A stretch of DNA of 52,257 nucleotides. Source: an uncultured Bdellovibrionales bacterium. GTDB taxonomy: Bacteria > Patescibacteriota > Minisyncoccia > Moranbacterales > GWC2-37-73. Both the position numbers and the translations under genes were made by a program. This document shows, piece by piece, positions 26,501 to 35,378 of this stretch. The notes under the pieces are model-generated. The model did no database searches. It was not told the origin of the DNA and saw only the letters and a list, made by a program, of their open reading frames with translations. Every line of letters begins with the position of its first letter. Positions within the stretch are counted from its first letter, which is position 1. The stretch is taken from the NCBI GenBank assembly GCA_964452415.1, contig CAYVME010000003.1:178-52434 (forward strand). Reading direction: 5' to 3'.

Positions 26501-28590
26501 TCCCAAGCACTGTTAATACAAGCAATATCATCCGCCCCATCAACACTGCCTACTTCCGGCCAAGAAATTGTAAAATCCTTTGAAGAAATAAAATCCGTTG
26601 GCGCATTAACCGAACTCATCAAGTTGGGCCTACTCTCATCAACACCGATTTCAAACTGGGCAAAATCAGTGGAAACATTATTATAATTATCAATAGCCTT
26701 AACATTTAAATAATATGGCTCGGAATCACTAGGGATACTCCAGAGATCGTTACCTTGCTGATCCCTCATTGAGTATTGCATCGCAAGCGCATACATATCA
26801 AAATCAGTTCTATCCTCACCAGAATCTTTCAATATAAATTTGCAATTTTCATTTATTTCTTGTGGGTCAATTAATTCTTGTGGCAGAGCTCCGATCCACC
26901 AACTATAATAAGGATTAGAAATCAAGCTTGATTCTTTGAGTAGACCACTATTTGAGACTGGGTCACCTGCTGGATCCGTTCCAAAATATAAACAATATCC
27001 TTTTGTGTTAAGTTCGACATCTGAAGCCTTGTCCCAAGAAAAACCAAATCGTTGAGATCCAGCAGTCCAGCCACCGTTGTTAATTTTTTTGTCATTACCT
27101 TCACCGTCCCTACCGATCATTTCCAGGTTTAAATTTTCACTGCCAATTTCAGGCGCGATTACATCAGATGACCAATACTTAAAATTGATTGAATTTATTT
27201 TTGGGGTTACAGAATAATCAGATGTTCTAAGCTCAGCCTTTATCTGAAAAAAACTGTCGTTAAGCCCAAAACCATTATTAACAAGATCCGCCGTTAAAAC
27301 TCCATCCACGCTGTTGAATGTAAACTCACCAAGTTGATTATATGTAGCAGCATTTAAATCATTAAGTGTTGTAGCGCTTTTAATATAGAAATCTACACTG
27401 GTTGAGGCAGGCAGATCCATTTGGGCAGAAAAAGAATCTCCGCTCTTCCAGCCCTCATTAGTACCAAGATTTATAATTGAAGATTCCCAAGATCCAGAGG
27501 TAGCGTAACGATCATCCAAGAGAGAAAACTGGAAAACATCAGTCGATCCATCACTGGGCATGGCATATATATAATTATTTTGACCACTCAATAATATTCC
27601 ATAATAATAATTATAGTCAGCCACGTTAGGTATTTCACCAACAGTGCTCCAACTATCAGCAACTATGTCATACTTAAGAAAGTTTTTTCCTTGATCAGGA
27701 CCACCACCACCTATAACATACATATGCCCAGCGCCATCATGGGTGGAATAAGGAGAATAAAGTGCTTCTGGCGCATCTGCAACTTTGTCCCAAGAATTTA
27801 ACGACATGTCATATTTCCAAAGATATGGAGTGCCATAACCCTCAAGAACATAGATGTTACCTTGCTCATCCACATACATCGACCTAACTGGCCAAGTTCC
27901 ACTGCCAATACCGGCATAGCTAGTTATTGCATCCCATGTATTTTGCAATATATTGTACCTTGCAATATCCCCCCATTCTCCAAGTATATATATTCCGTCA
28001 AGCCCATCATATGCCATTGCCTTAAAAGTGCTACCAGAATAATTACTAACATATTCCAAATTAAATGCTTGCGTTGTGTTAAATCTATATAAGACTCCTC
28101 CAGCTATAATATAGGCAATACCATTTTCAGAATAAATACCCCCATCCCAACTATAACCATACGGAAAATCTCCATTATAATTCCAAATATTAGAGTTAAA
28201 ATCATATTTATTAACACTGCCAGCTACTTGATAAATATCATTATTCTCAGTGGCTATAGCGCCATTAAATTGAGCAGAGGGAGGATTGCTGATTTTTTTC
28301 CAATGCTGACCAAAAATAAGCTGCACGCTTTCATCGCTTCCGGTGCCAATAACTTCAGTTGCATTATTGTTGCCTCCAGAAAAAAGAAAATTATCAGAAA
28401 CATCACTCGTTGGAATAGTTACCAAGATTTCCTGGCTTGCAGCAAAGACAACTCCATATAATTTCTCGAATTTTTCAAAATAAAAAAATGACCCTAAAAT
28501 AAGCAACGAACAAACGACCCCAAGAAGATTAGGGTGTCGCCTTATTATCGCGTTTTTTTTTCTAAAAAAAATATGCATTTTCTTTCGCAT
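23527..28590 (-). CDS. Large surface protein (~1690 aa): TM/signal, Kelch-like propeller, inserted LamG domain, FN3 stalk
   Basis: Kelch-like repeats, WHHLAFTWD...GSIDEIAMYNR LamG motif, FN3 modules; start at ATG 28590, downstream of TGCTATAAT at ~28624-28632. Confidence 0.85.
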   Translation of the reverse strand: MRKKMHIFFRKKNAIIRRHPNLLGVVCSLLILGSFFYFEKFEKLYGVVFAASQEILVTIPTSDVSDNFLFSGGNNNATEVIGTGSDESVQLIFGQHWKKISNPPSAQFNGAIATENNDIYQVAGSVNKYDFNSNIWNYNGDFPYGYSWDGGIYSENGIAYIIAGGVLYRFNTTQAFNLEYVSNYSGSTFKAMAYDGLDGIYILGEWGDIARYNILQNTWDAITSYAGIGSGTWPVRSMYVDEQGNIYVLEGYGTPYLWKYDMSLNSWDKVADAPEALYSPYSTHDGAGHMYVIGGGGPDQGKNFLKYDIVADSWSTVGEIPNVADYNYYYGILLSGQNNYIYAMPSDGSTDVFQFSLLDDRYATSGSWESSIINLGTNEGWKSGDSFSAQMDLPASTSVDFYIKSATTLNDLNAATYNQLGEFTFNSVDGVLTADLVNNGFGLNDSFFQIKAELRTSDYSVTPKINSINFKYWSSDVIAPEIGSENLNLEMIGRDGEGNDKKINNGGWTAGSQRFGFSWDKASDVELNTKGYCLYFGTDPAGDPVSNSGLLKESSLISNPYYSWWIGALPQELIDPQEINENCKFILKDSGEDRTDFDMYALAMQYSMRDQQGNDLWSIPSDSEPYYLNVKAIDNYNNVSTDFAQFEIGVDESRPNLMSSVNAPTDFISSKDFTISWPEVGSVDGADDIACINSAWDGLSDDGNYDDDGCACKEYDENESCVSWWYSEISGVAGYQYGIVTRIDNRNGVTWYGPNHTNAPDDFFPASETSYTMQNAFLDENGNPMMGRDGNLGEFPIQGSMEFWMKTNTTSGSHDVLSTRDNGDMYNELHFKQDGGSFYACVSDVTGYGDCFDFFPDGDLSVDTWHHLAFTWDQDENLAIGYLNGEEIFSRDVYSWPNVIPNFIVGRGEYDTGRYWDGSIDEIAMYNRNLTSEEIFTQYDVEGYMEGDTYQSVIQRSSNLVHYWKFDGNLVDSVGNADGEIVLGNITFFEDPLAWFSSNAATFDNASYAKFGQQIVLSDFANLNEGTNYIRIKVCDNAGNCDDNSQSTAMVRIAAGSTGRPRNLSVSPADSTSNAYSFSWSLPEDFPGKNYDPNGDELSYCYTVNTLPSAQTCTFTEKSDCAEGLCSLDADAFATRPGENTFYVATRYISDSVDIIDYNDYNSISFNYSGSAPGIVEGVDISDVSIKDAQDWKLAIFWNQPSEIGAGVSKYEIFRGENRSSCDSFEEIGFTEGLAYIDPDLEQKDYYYCVRACDSANNCGAYSSLVTEFPTGKFTEPAILTSGPDISEISTSKATIDWTTDRESDSRVAFGTKSREYLVEEPSKPDQVSDHNIVLNDLSPGTKYYFEAKWMDEDGNIGVAKQKSFQTKPTPSVKDVKALQVGISNSLIHFTAENANKALIYYGKTTAFGSSKEVVTNEEEGTYDVQLEDLEDDTKYYYKINTFDSEGREYEGTTVDFTTIPRPKVFDVKVQQVMNAAVPTVSVFWNSNVEVLSVVSFYPEGNIEEIRKEVSVDFIAGSHEMIVGDLKEDTQYVWIVSGTDRSGNEVISDSYVFNTSEDARPPQISDLTVEGSNTAINNGSENEQNISQLLVSWTTDELATSQVEFGEGTEANYPQKTQEDSNLTYNHMVAISGLTPSRVYHLRAISKDKAGNVGNSFDSISITPKEIDSAFALVVANLQQAFGFFGN

Positions 28591-28691
28591 TGGCAACTTT
28601 TTATTTTTATTGCTTGTGTCAAAATTATAGCATATTTTCCTACTTTTTGCACAACAAAAAAACACCTATTTTTTGAAGTGTTTTTTTAATT

Positions 28692-31600
28692 TTACCTATT
28701 AAAAGCACTCAAAAACCCAAACACCTCAACCAAATTTCCAACCACCAACTCAAGGGCGCTGTCCACGGCTTTTGGAGTTATGCTGACTGTGTCTTGGGAG
28801 TTTGCGATGTTTCCCATTTGATCTTTAGAGATGATTCTGAGATGATACACTTTTGAAGGTGTAAGTCCTGAGATGATGACGAGGTGGTTATTGGTAAGGT
28901 TTGAATCTTCTTGAGTTTTTTGAGTGTATGAAGTTCCCACTCCTTCTCCAAATTCCACTTGTGAAGTTGAAGCTTCATCTGTGTTCCAAGCAACTGCAAA
29001 TTGTGAGAGTTTGTCAGCTTGATTTTTGGTGCTGGCTCCTTCAACCACAATTTCAGAGATTTGAGGAGGCCGCGTGTCTGAAGCGGTAGTAAAAGAATAG
29101 GTGTCAGAACTTGCTTCATTTCCAACTCTGTCCACACCTTTGACGGTGAGCTGATAAGTTGTCATGGGTCTCAGATTCATAATAGTTGCTTCGTGGAAAC
29201 CTGAAACAAGATCAACTTGGACTTCCACTCTATTATCAGTTGGATTGTCATTTGGGGCATATGAGATAATTGAAGAAATCTCAGTGTTAGTGTTCCAAGT
29301 GACTTTGATTCCAGGTTGGGCTGAATCTTTGATTGCTTCAATTTCAACATTTGAAATTCTTGGTTTTGGGAGGGTGGTGAAGTCGATTGTCGTTCCTTCA
29401 TATTCACTTTCCTCAGCATCAAAAGTGTTGATTCTATAATAATATTTTGTTCCATCCAAAAGATCAGACAATTCGGTTGCATAAGTGGACTCAGAAGTGG
29501 AAGTTGAAATTTCTTTTGATCCTCCGAAATTGGTTGTTTGTCCATAATCTATTCTGACTTTTGTGGCACCTTTCGTTGTGAAGCTGACAATTGCAGATGA
29601 GATTCCAATATTTTTAACAGAAACATTTTTCACGCTTGGCGGATCCTCGGTTCTGAATGTTTTTTCCGTGCTCACGCCAGTGTTTCCATCCTCATCGGTC
29701 CATTTAGCTTTATAGAAATATTTTGTGTCAGGTTCGAGACCAGAAAGTCTGATGCTGTGCGAGGTTGCCTGAGCTGAATCACTTGGTTCAACTTTTTCAT
29801 ATGTTCCACTTTTTGTTCCAATCTGAATCTTGGAATCTGCAGCTCTTTTTGTGCTCCAAGAAACAAGAGCTTTCTTTGTTGTAATCTCATCAGCTATTGG
29901 CTCCGAGTCCAATTCTGGCGCAACAACCCATTTTCCAGTTGGAAAAATGCTTACTGCATTTGTTCCTGAACTCTCAGCGTTTGCGCCATCTCTGACAAAG
30001 ACCTTATAAAAATATTCTTTCGATTCTGGAGTATTGTCCACATAAGACAAGCCTGATGTTTCGCCAACTTCCTCAAAATCAATTCCGTTTTCCGATCTGG
30101 AAATCAAATAATGCAAATTTCCAGCCCCTTGATACTCAGGCGCGCCCCAAGTCAAGGTCACATTCCATTGCGCAAGCGACTTTATTGAAGAATCAGAAGC
30201 CATCAAATTGTTAACATTGTCTGGATCGGTTGAATCAAGAATGAAATTGCCTGAAATTGAGTTGCTCGGAGAATAATTCGGAGTTTCGGCATCATCAACC
30301 GCAACAACCGTGACAGTGTTTGTGCCCTTATTAACATTCGGAAGATTTCGAAGTGAAACTTGCCTGCTTGTGCCATTGTCAAAATATGTCGCAGGATTAT
30401 TTTCCAAAGTGTTCAATGAAGACGGAGTTGGTGTGTTCACCATATAATAATAATGAGAAACACTTTGACCTTCTGATGGTTGCGCCTCTGGCCATTCCAA
30501 GGCAAATGAGTTTTCCGTTGAAGTTTGCGGAGAAACTGTCACAACATCAATATCATTAAAACGCGGAGCATCTCCACCATAGGCCAAATTGCAAGTTCTG
30601 ACCGTGTTCAAGCCAGAAACATTTCCGGCATTATCAATTGCTCGAAAATACACAATATTATTGCCAGAAACAATTCCTCCCCCATCCTGATCACTAGTTA
30701 AATTGCGTGAATTCTCAATCAACGGAAAATATTGATTTATTCCTAGAATTGTTTCTGTCGTGCTTCCAAGCCAATCAGAATCTATTGAGTTAAGTTGATA
30801 TTGATAACCAAAAAGACCAGAGTGGTCATCTGAAGCCATGCCGTTTCCACTTGTCGGCCACATGAAATTCATGTCCACCACATTACTGAAACTTCCAGAG
30901 GCGCAAGAAAGATAGACCACATTGTTTGGCGGAGTGTTGTCAAAAAGGAAAGAAAAATCAATTGAAGTGTCTGAAATGTTTCCTGCCAAGTCCACAGCCT
31001 TAAGCTTGAAATAATATGGTGTATCTTCATTTTGAGTTGTAAGCCAAAGATTGCCCCTTAAGGTAGCATTAGCAAAATCAACACTGTTTCCAGGAATTAT
31101 AAATGGACAATAATCAGGCATTGCAATTGGAGAAGTTCCAAGTAAGCCTGGGGTTGTTTCTGGATCTCCGACAATGGTTTCATCTGTTCCAAGATAAGCA
31201 CAGTAACCTAAAATGCCAGATTGTCCATTATCATTCCCAATACTCCATGAAAAATACGGAGCCAAATTATTCGCCCAATCATTTTGCGCAAGCATTCTTC
31301 CACTCGAGGACAGCGCCATTCCCAAATTAGTAGCATTTGATGGAGGCGTATCATCAGAGCGATAATTTAGGACTATGGTTTCCAATTCAGGGTTAATCCC
31401 TGAATCTTGCTCCAGAGTGGCTTTGATTTGAACATAGCGATTATTTCCAGTTCCGACACCTGCCAAGTCCAGTTCCGCTTTTGTTTTCTCAAAAGTTACT
31501 CCGCCATTTGCCACACCCAGATCCGCATATGGAGCAGTTGCCAAATCCTCTTTGGTTTGGGCTGATTTAATTTGAAAAGTGATGGTGCTCTCCGCTCCCA

Positions 31601-33761
31601 CATTATTCACCGTCGCCGAAAAAGCAACACTCCCGTCGGTACCATCTCCCCAACCGCCATTCCAAATAAGATCGATGATGTTGTCATTTGTTGGCGACTC
31701 CCACATGCCCAAAAGTGGCAAGGTCGATTCTTCAGGGCTCAATGAAACTGTTTTAAAGACATATGGATAACGAATAATAACAATTCCTGAGCCACCCGTA
31801 CCACTGGCCACATTCTCTCCTCCTCCTCCACCACCACCGCCCGTATTTGGAGACCCACTTGTTGCAGCTGTTGCTCCATAACGACCATTTCCTCCACCGC
31901 CTGCACCCCCTTGAGGAATTCCTACAGTTGCACTACCATGAGAAGAACCAGCTCCACCACCAGCATAATAAGTTGAGATGCCACTGATAGAATAAGCTAC
32001 GCCACTACCACCAAAACCCCCTTCTCTGCTATTAGTTCCGTAATCATTACCACCCACAGCGCCGACTCCTCCACCACCAGCGCCACCATACCTAGGTGAA
32101 TTAGGCGCAGTACCTCCGCCATTATTCCCTTGCCCTGAAGTTCCAGTTGCAAGAGAATTGCTAGATGGATGATACTGCCCAGATCCACCACCAGAACCAC
32201 CATTGGATGGGCCATACAGACTATATGAACCGCCTCGTCCACCACCAACAGCTGTCAATGTAGAAAAAACACTATTTTGACCATTTGCACCACTTGTAGC
32301 ACCACCAGCTCCAACAGTTACTGCATAATTTCCGGAAGAAACAGAAAAATTGTTATCATACACCAAGCCACCAGCACCACCTCCACCGGCATTGCCAACA
32401 TTAGTAGCTCCACCAGCACCACCGCCAGCCACAACCAAAACCTCTACTGGCTTATCAGTATTAATATTAAAATTTCCACTTGAAGTAAAGGTGTGAATCG
32501 CGTCATTACCTGAATAAGTAATATTTCCCCCAGTAGCTGGAAGAGTAAAAGCTGTTGACCCATTCACAGCACCTGCACTACCATAATACATATTTATATT
32601 TTTTCCTGATGATGAAATCGATGGAATTCTCACCCAGATTTTGGCATTTTGTCCGACTGCAGTATATTTTTCAACCCAATATTCCAAGTCGGTGCTGTCA
32701 TTTGAATCTTTGAATCTGAAATCATCACCGTCTTCTTGAGTTTTTAGATATATCTCATCAAAAAGCGGTGAACGATTGTTATCCATGAGCTTTTGAACCT
32801 CAGCTCCAGACAAGGCTCGATTATAAACCCTGACTTCATCAATTTGACCATTAAAAAAAGACTGTGGGGTTCCCCCACTATTAACACTGGCTCCAATTTT
32901 TTCTGCAATTCCAGCTGAATTAATAACATTAACGGTTCCCGTAGCGGAATCAAGTTGACCATCAACATACATCCTGGTGTCAGCCCCGTTTATCACTCCA
33001 ACTACATGATGCCAAACACCTGGCGTTATCGGAATGGTTCCACTGAAATTACTTCCTCCATGATGTCCAATATTCATCATTCCGGTAGCTGCATTTATTT
33101 TGAGTCCATATCCATTAACGCCTGCAGTTCCCTTTGCAATGATTTGCTGTCCCAATAATGGATCAATTGCATCCACATTTATCCAAGCTGACATCGTTAC
33201 CGCATTATAACTTGGCAAATCCAAGGAACTTGAAGCTGGAATTGAAATATAATCATCAATTCCATCAAAATTTCTACTCTTGTTATATCTTCCATCAGTA
33301 ATAACCGACCCTCCAACATCCAAGCCATTATTAGAATTGCCTGAGATATCGCCAGCGCCAGAACCGGAAGTTTCATCCAAATTCCAATATCCGATCCCTC
33401 CCTCATCAATCAAAATTTGATAATTGGAAAGATCTTGTCCTGTTACATTTGAAACCTCCAAAGATCTTTTGTACAATGTTCCATCTGGTCCAACCTCACC
33501 TTCAATATGAACAACTCCACCTGCTCCCAAGCCGGAAACTGCAGTTGTGTCAAAAACACCCTGCTCAAAATCTGTCGAAGTATCCAGCACGATTGATGAA
33601 GAAGTATCAGCAGATATTCCTGGAAACAAAATTCCTGTGGCTAAAAAATAAACCCCAAAGAGACTTCCCACAGCAAAAGTCATGACCAAAATAAGGTTAA
33701 ACTGCCATTTCGCAATGGTGATTTTTTTTGTAAAGATATTCTGAATAGTACTATTCAACAT
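28692..33761 (-). CDS. Large surface protein (1689 aa): TM/signal, DUF2341-like domain with nested LamG, Gly-rich domain, FN3 stalk
   Basis: DDFRF..LEYWVE..KIWVRIP..MYYG (DUF2341-like); WHHVVGV..GQIDEVRVYNRAL (LamG); VEVLVVAGGGAGG...GGSGIVIIRY Gly-rich module. Confidence 0.85.
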   Translation of the reverse strand: MLNSTIQNIFTKKITIAKWQFNLILVMTFAVGSLFGVYFLATGILFPGISADTSSSIVLDTSTDFEQGVFDTTAVSGLGAGGVVHIEGEVGPDGTLYKRSLEVSNVTGQDLSNYQILIDEGGIGYWNLDETSGSGAGDISGNSNNGLDVGGSVITDGRYNKSRNFDGIDDYISIPASSSLDLPSYNAVTMSAWINVDAIDPLLGQQIIAKGTAGVNGYGLKINAATGMMNIGHHGGSNFSGTIPITPGVWHHVVGVINGADTRMYVDGQLDSATGTVNVINSAGIAEKIGASVNSGGTPQSFFNGQIDEVRVYNRALSGAEVQKLMDNNRSPLFDEIYLKTQEDGDDFRFKDSNDSTDLEYWVEKYTAVGQNAKIWVRIPSISSSGKNINMYYGSAGAVNGSTAFTLPATGGNITYSGNDAIHTFTSSGNFNINTDKPVEVLVVAGGGAGGATNVGNAGGGGAGGLVYDNNFSVSSGNYAVTVGAGGATSGANGQNSVFSTLTAVGGGRGGSYSLYGPSNGGSGGGSGQYHPSSNSLATGTSGQGNNGGGTAPNSPRYGGAGGGGVGAVGGNDYGTNSREGGFGGSGVAYSISGISTYYAGGGAGSSHGSATVGIPQGGAGGGGNGRYGATAATSGSPNTGGGGGGGGENVASGTGGSGIVIIRYPYVFKTVSLSPEESTLPLLGMWESPTNDNIIDLIWNGGWGDGTDGSVAFSATVNNVGAESTITFQIKSAQTKEDLATAPYADLGVANGGVTFEKTKAELDLAGVGTGNNRYVQIKATLEQDSGINPELETIVLNYRSDDTPPSNATNLGMALSSSGRMLAQNDWANNLAPYFSWSIGNDNGQSGILGYCAYLGTDETIVGDPETTPGLLGTSPIAMPDYCPFIIPGNSVDFANATLRGNLWLTTQNEDTPYYFKLKAVDLAGNISDTSIDFSFLFDNTPPNNVVYLSCASGSFSNVVDMNFMWPTSGNGMASDDHSGLFGYQYQLNSIDSDWLGSTTETILGINQYFPLIENSRNLTSDQDGGGIVSGNNIVYFRAIDNAGNVSGLNTVRTCNLAYGGDAPRFNDIDVVTVSPQTSTENSFALEWPEAQPSEGQSVSHYYYMVNTPTPSSLNTLENNPATYFDNGTSRQVSLRNLPNVNKGTNTVTVVAVDDAETPNYSPSNSISGNFILDSTDPDNVNNLMASDSSIKSLAQWNVTLTWGAPEYQGAGNLHYLISRSENGIDFEEVGETSGLSYVDNTPESKEYFYKVFVRDGANAESSGTNAVSIFPTGKWVVAPELDSEPIADEITTKKALVSWSTKRAADSKIQIGTKSGTYEKVEPSDSAQATSHSIRLSGLEPDTKYFYKAKWTDEDGNTGVSTEKTFRTEDPPSVKNVSVKNIGISSAIVSFTTKGATKVRIDYGQTTNFGGSKEISTSTSESTYATELSDLLDGTKYYYRINTFDAEESEYEGTTIDFTTLPKPRISNVEIEAIKDSAQPGIKVTWNTNTEISSIISYAPNDNPTDNRVEVQVDLVSGFHEATIMNLRPMTTYQLTVKGVDRVGNEASSDTYSFTTASDTRPPQISEIVVEGASTKNQADKLSQFAVAWNTDEASTSQVEFGEGVGTSYTQKTQEDSNLTNNHLVIISGLTPSKVYHLRIISKDQMGNIANSQDTVSITPKAVDSALELVVGNLVEVFGFLSAFNR
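28711..29450. repeat. Direct repeat B: 3' constant region shared with 19125-19864
   Basis: Collinear near-identical sequence at offset 9586 bp. Confidence 0.9.
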
Positions 33762-33799
33762 TTTTTATTTTTCTTTTAATTTCAGCAATCCGTTAATGA

Positions 33800-33828
33800 T
33801 TTATAGCACGATTTTGATCTTCTTGCAA
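33800..33828 (-). promoter_or_regulatory. Promoter of the 1689-aa surface protein gene
   Basis: TTGCAA-17bp-TATAAA with extended -10 TG on minus strand. Confidence 0.6.
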
Positions 33829-33835
33829 AACAAAA

Positions 33836-33866
33836 AAAAGCATCTCTGCTAGCCAAGAGATGCTTT
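33836..33866 (-). terminator. manC terminator
   Basis: aaagcatctct...agagatgcttt hairpin followed by T run on minus strand. Confidence 0.7.
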
Positions 33867-33899
33867 CAAAAAAACTAGCACTAATTTTATCAATAAGGA

Positions 33900-35279
33900 C
33901 TATTTCCTCCCGTAATTATCTTCATATCTAATGATGTCATCCTCTTCCAAATAATCTCCAGTTTGAACCTCGATAATCTCAAGACTAGTTTTTCCAGGAT
34001 TTGAAAGCCGATGTTTGGCCTTGGCTGGAATGTATGTGCTTTCATTTTCATGCAAGACCAATAAATTCTCACCATTAACCACTCCGGCAGTTCCCTTGAC
34101 CACCACCCAATGTTCAGCTCTTCGATTGTGGGACTGGAGACTCAATGTTGAACCAGGATGCACTGTGATTTTTTTCACTTTGTGATTTTTTTCATCAATC
34201 AAGACTTCATATTTTCCCCATGGTCTTTGCACCTCAATATTATGTTCAATTTCTTTGTAATTATTCTCCTTAAGATAACTCACAATCTTTTTAACTTCAT
34301 CACTGCGTCCTCGCTTGTGAATCAAGATGCAATCATTATTCTCCACCACCACCAAATCTTCAACTCCAATGGTTGTGACCAAGCGATTGGTTGATGAATG
34401 CACAAAAACATTTTTACTGTCCAAAAGCACATGTCTGCTTTTATTTTTTCCTTTCTGCTCAGTGACTTCAGCCAAAGCATCAAAAGATCCAATATCACTC
34501 CAACCAAAATCGCCCTCAAAAACAATTCCTTTTTTTGATTTTTCTGAAATAGCAGTATCAATCGCCTCATTATCAAGATTCTCAAAATCCTTCACAAATT
34601 TTTCAAAACTATTTTTGTATTGTGTGAACAATTTTGGCGCATGTTTTTTTAGCTCATCCGTGAAAGTTTTTGCATTGAAAATATACATTCCAGAATTCCA
34701 GACATACTCCCCACTTTTCAAATACTCCTGGGCAGTTTCGCGATCAGGTTTTTCCTTGAAAGCTTCCAGCTTCCAAAATCCAGCCTCCTTTTTGCCTTTT
34801 TTAATGTATCCAAATCCGGTTTCCGGAGCAATTGGCGTTATTCCAATTGTGCCAAGATTGTTGCCGACTTTCTTCATGGCAGATTTAACAACCTCAATAT
34901 ACGCTTCAGGCTTTCCAATATAGTGATCTGCTGGATTTATGATAATGGGTTGATCTTTTTTTATTTTGATAACATCAGTCAAATATTTCACGCCTAATGC
35001 AATTGCAGGAGCTGTGTTGAGCGATGCAGGCTCAGTAATTATCTGCTCCTTAATGATCTGAGGATAAACCTCCCTGATTTGATTGAAAACATTGAAATAA
35101 TTTTCACTGTTTGTGACAAGAAAAATATTTTTTGCCGGCACAACTTTTTTCATGCGCAAAAAAGTTTCCTGAAGCAGTGAGTTGTCAGAATACAATTTCA
35201 AAAATTGCTTTGGAAAATTTTTGCGTGAAAGTGGCCAAAGACGAGTTCCAGATCCACCACAGAGAATAATTGAATACAT
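33900..35279 (-). CDS. manC: Mannose-1-phosphate guanylyltransferase/mannose-6-phosphate isomerase
   Basis: ILCGGSGTRLWPLSR..PKQF, WNSGMY, WSDIGS, C-terminal cupin RPWG..SLQSH..RAEHW..EDDIIRYED. Confidence 0.93.
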   Translation of the reverse strand: MYSIILCGGSGTRLWPLSRKNFPKQFLKLYSDNSLLQETFLRMKKVVPAKNIFLVTNSENYFNVFNQIREVYPQIIKEQIITEPASLNTAPAIALGVKYLTDVIKIKKDQPIIINPADHYIGKPEAYIEVVKSAMKKVGNNLGTIGITPIAPETGFGYIKKGKKEAGFWKLEAFKEKPDRETAQEYLKSGEYVWNSGMYIFNAKTFTDELKKHAPKLFTQYKNSFEKFVKDFENLDNEAIDTAISEKSKKGIVFEGDFGWSDIGSFDALAEVTEQKGKNKSRHVLLDSKNVFVHSSTNRLVTTIGVEDLVVVENNDCILIHKRGRSDEVKKIVSYLKENNYKEIEHNIEVQRPWGKYEVLIDEKNHKVKKITVHPGSTLSLQSHNRRAEHWVVVKGTAGVVNGENLLVLHENESTYIPAKAKHRLSNPGKTSLEIIEVQTGDYLEEDDIIRYEDNYGRK

Positions 35280-35284
35280 ATAAC

Positions 35285-35378
35285 TAGGTTCTAGCTTTTT
35301 AGGCTTTAGCTTTTTAGGTTCAAAATTCCAGAATATAAGTAAACCGAAAAGCTGAGGAGCTAATGCCTGAGAAGCTTA
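35285..35378. repeat. Inverted tract of short AGCTTTT-type repeats
   Basis: tagctttttaggctttagctttttaggtt ... aaccgaaaagctgaggagctaatgcctgagaagct. Confidence 0.6.

Noticed and set aside
19125-29450. Diversity-generating retroelement TR/VR pair
   Set aside because: Differences between the copies are mostly synonymous and run in both directions rather than being adenine-specific; both copies are coding; no reverse transcriptase in the window.
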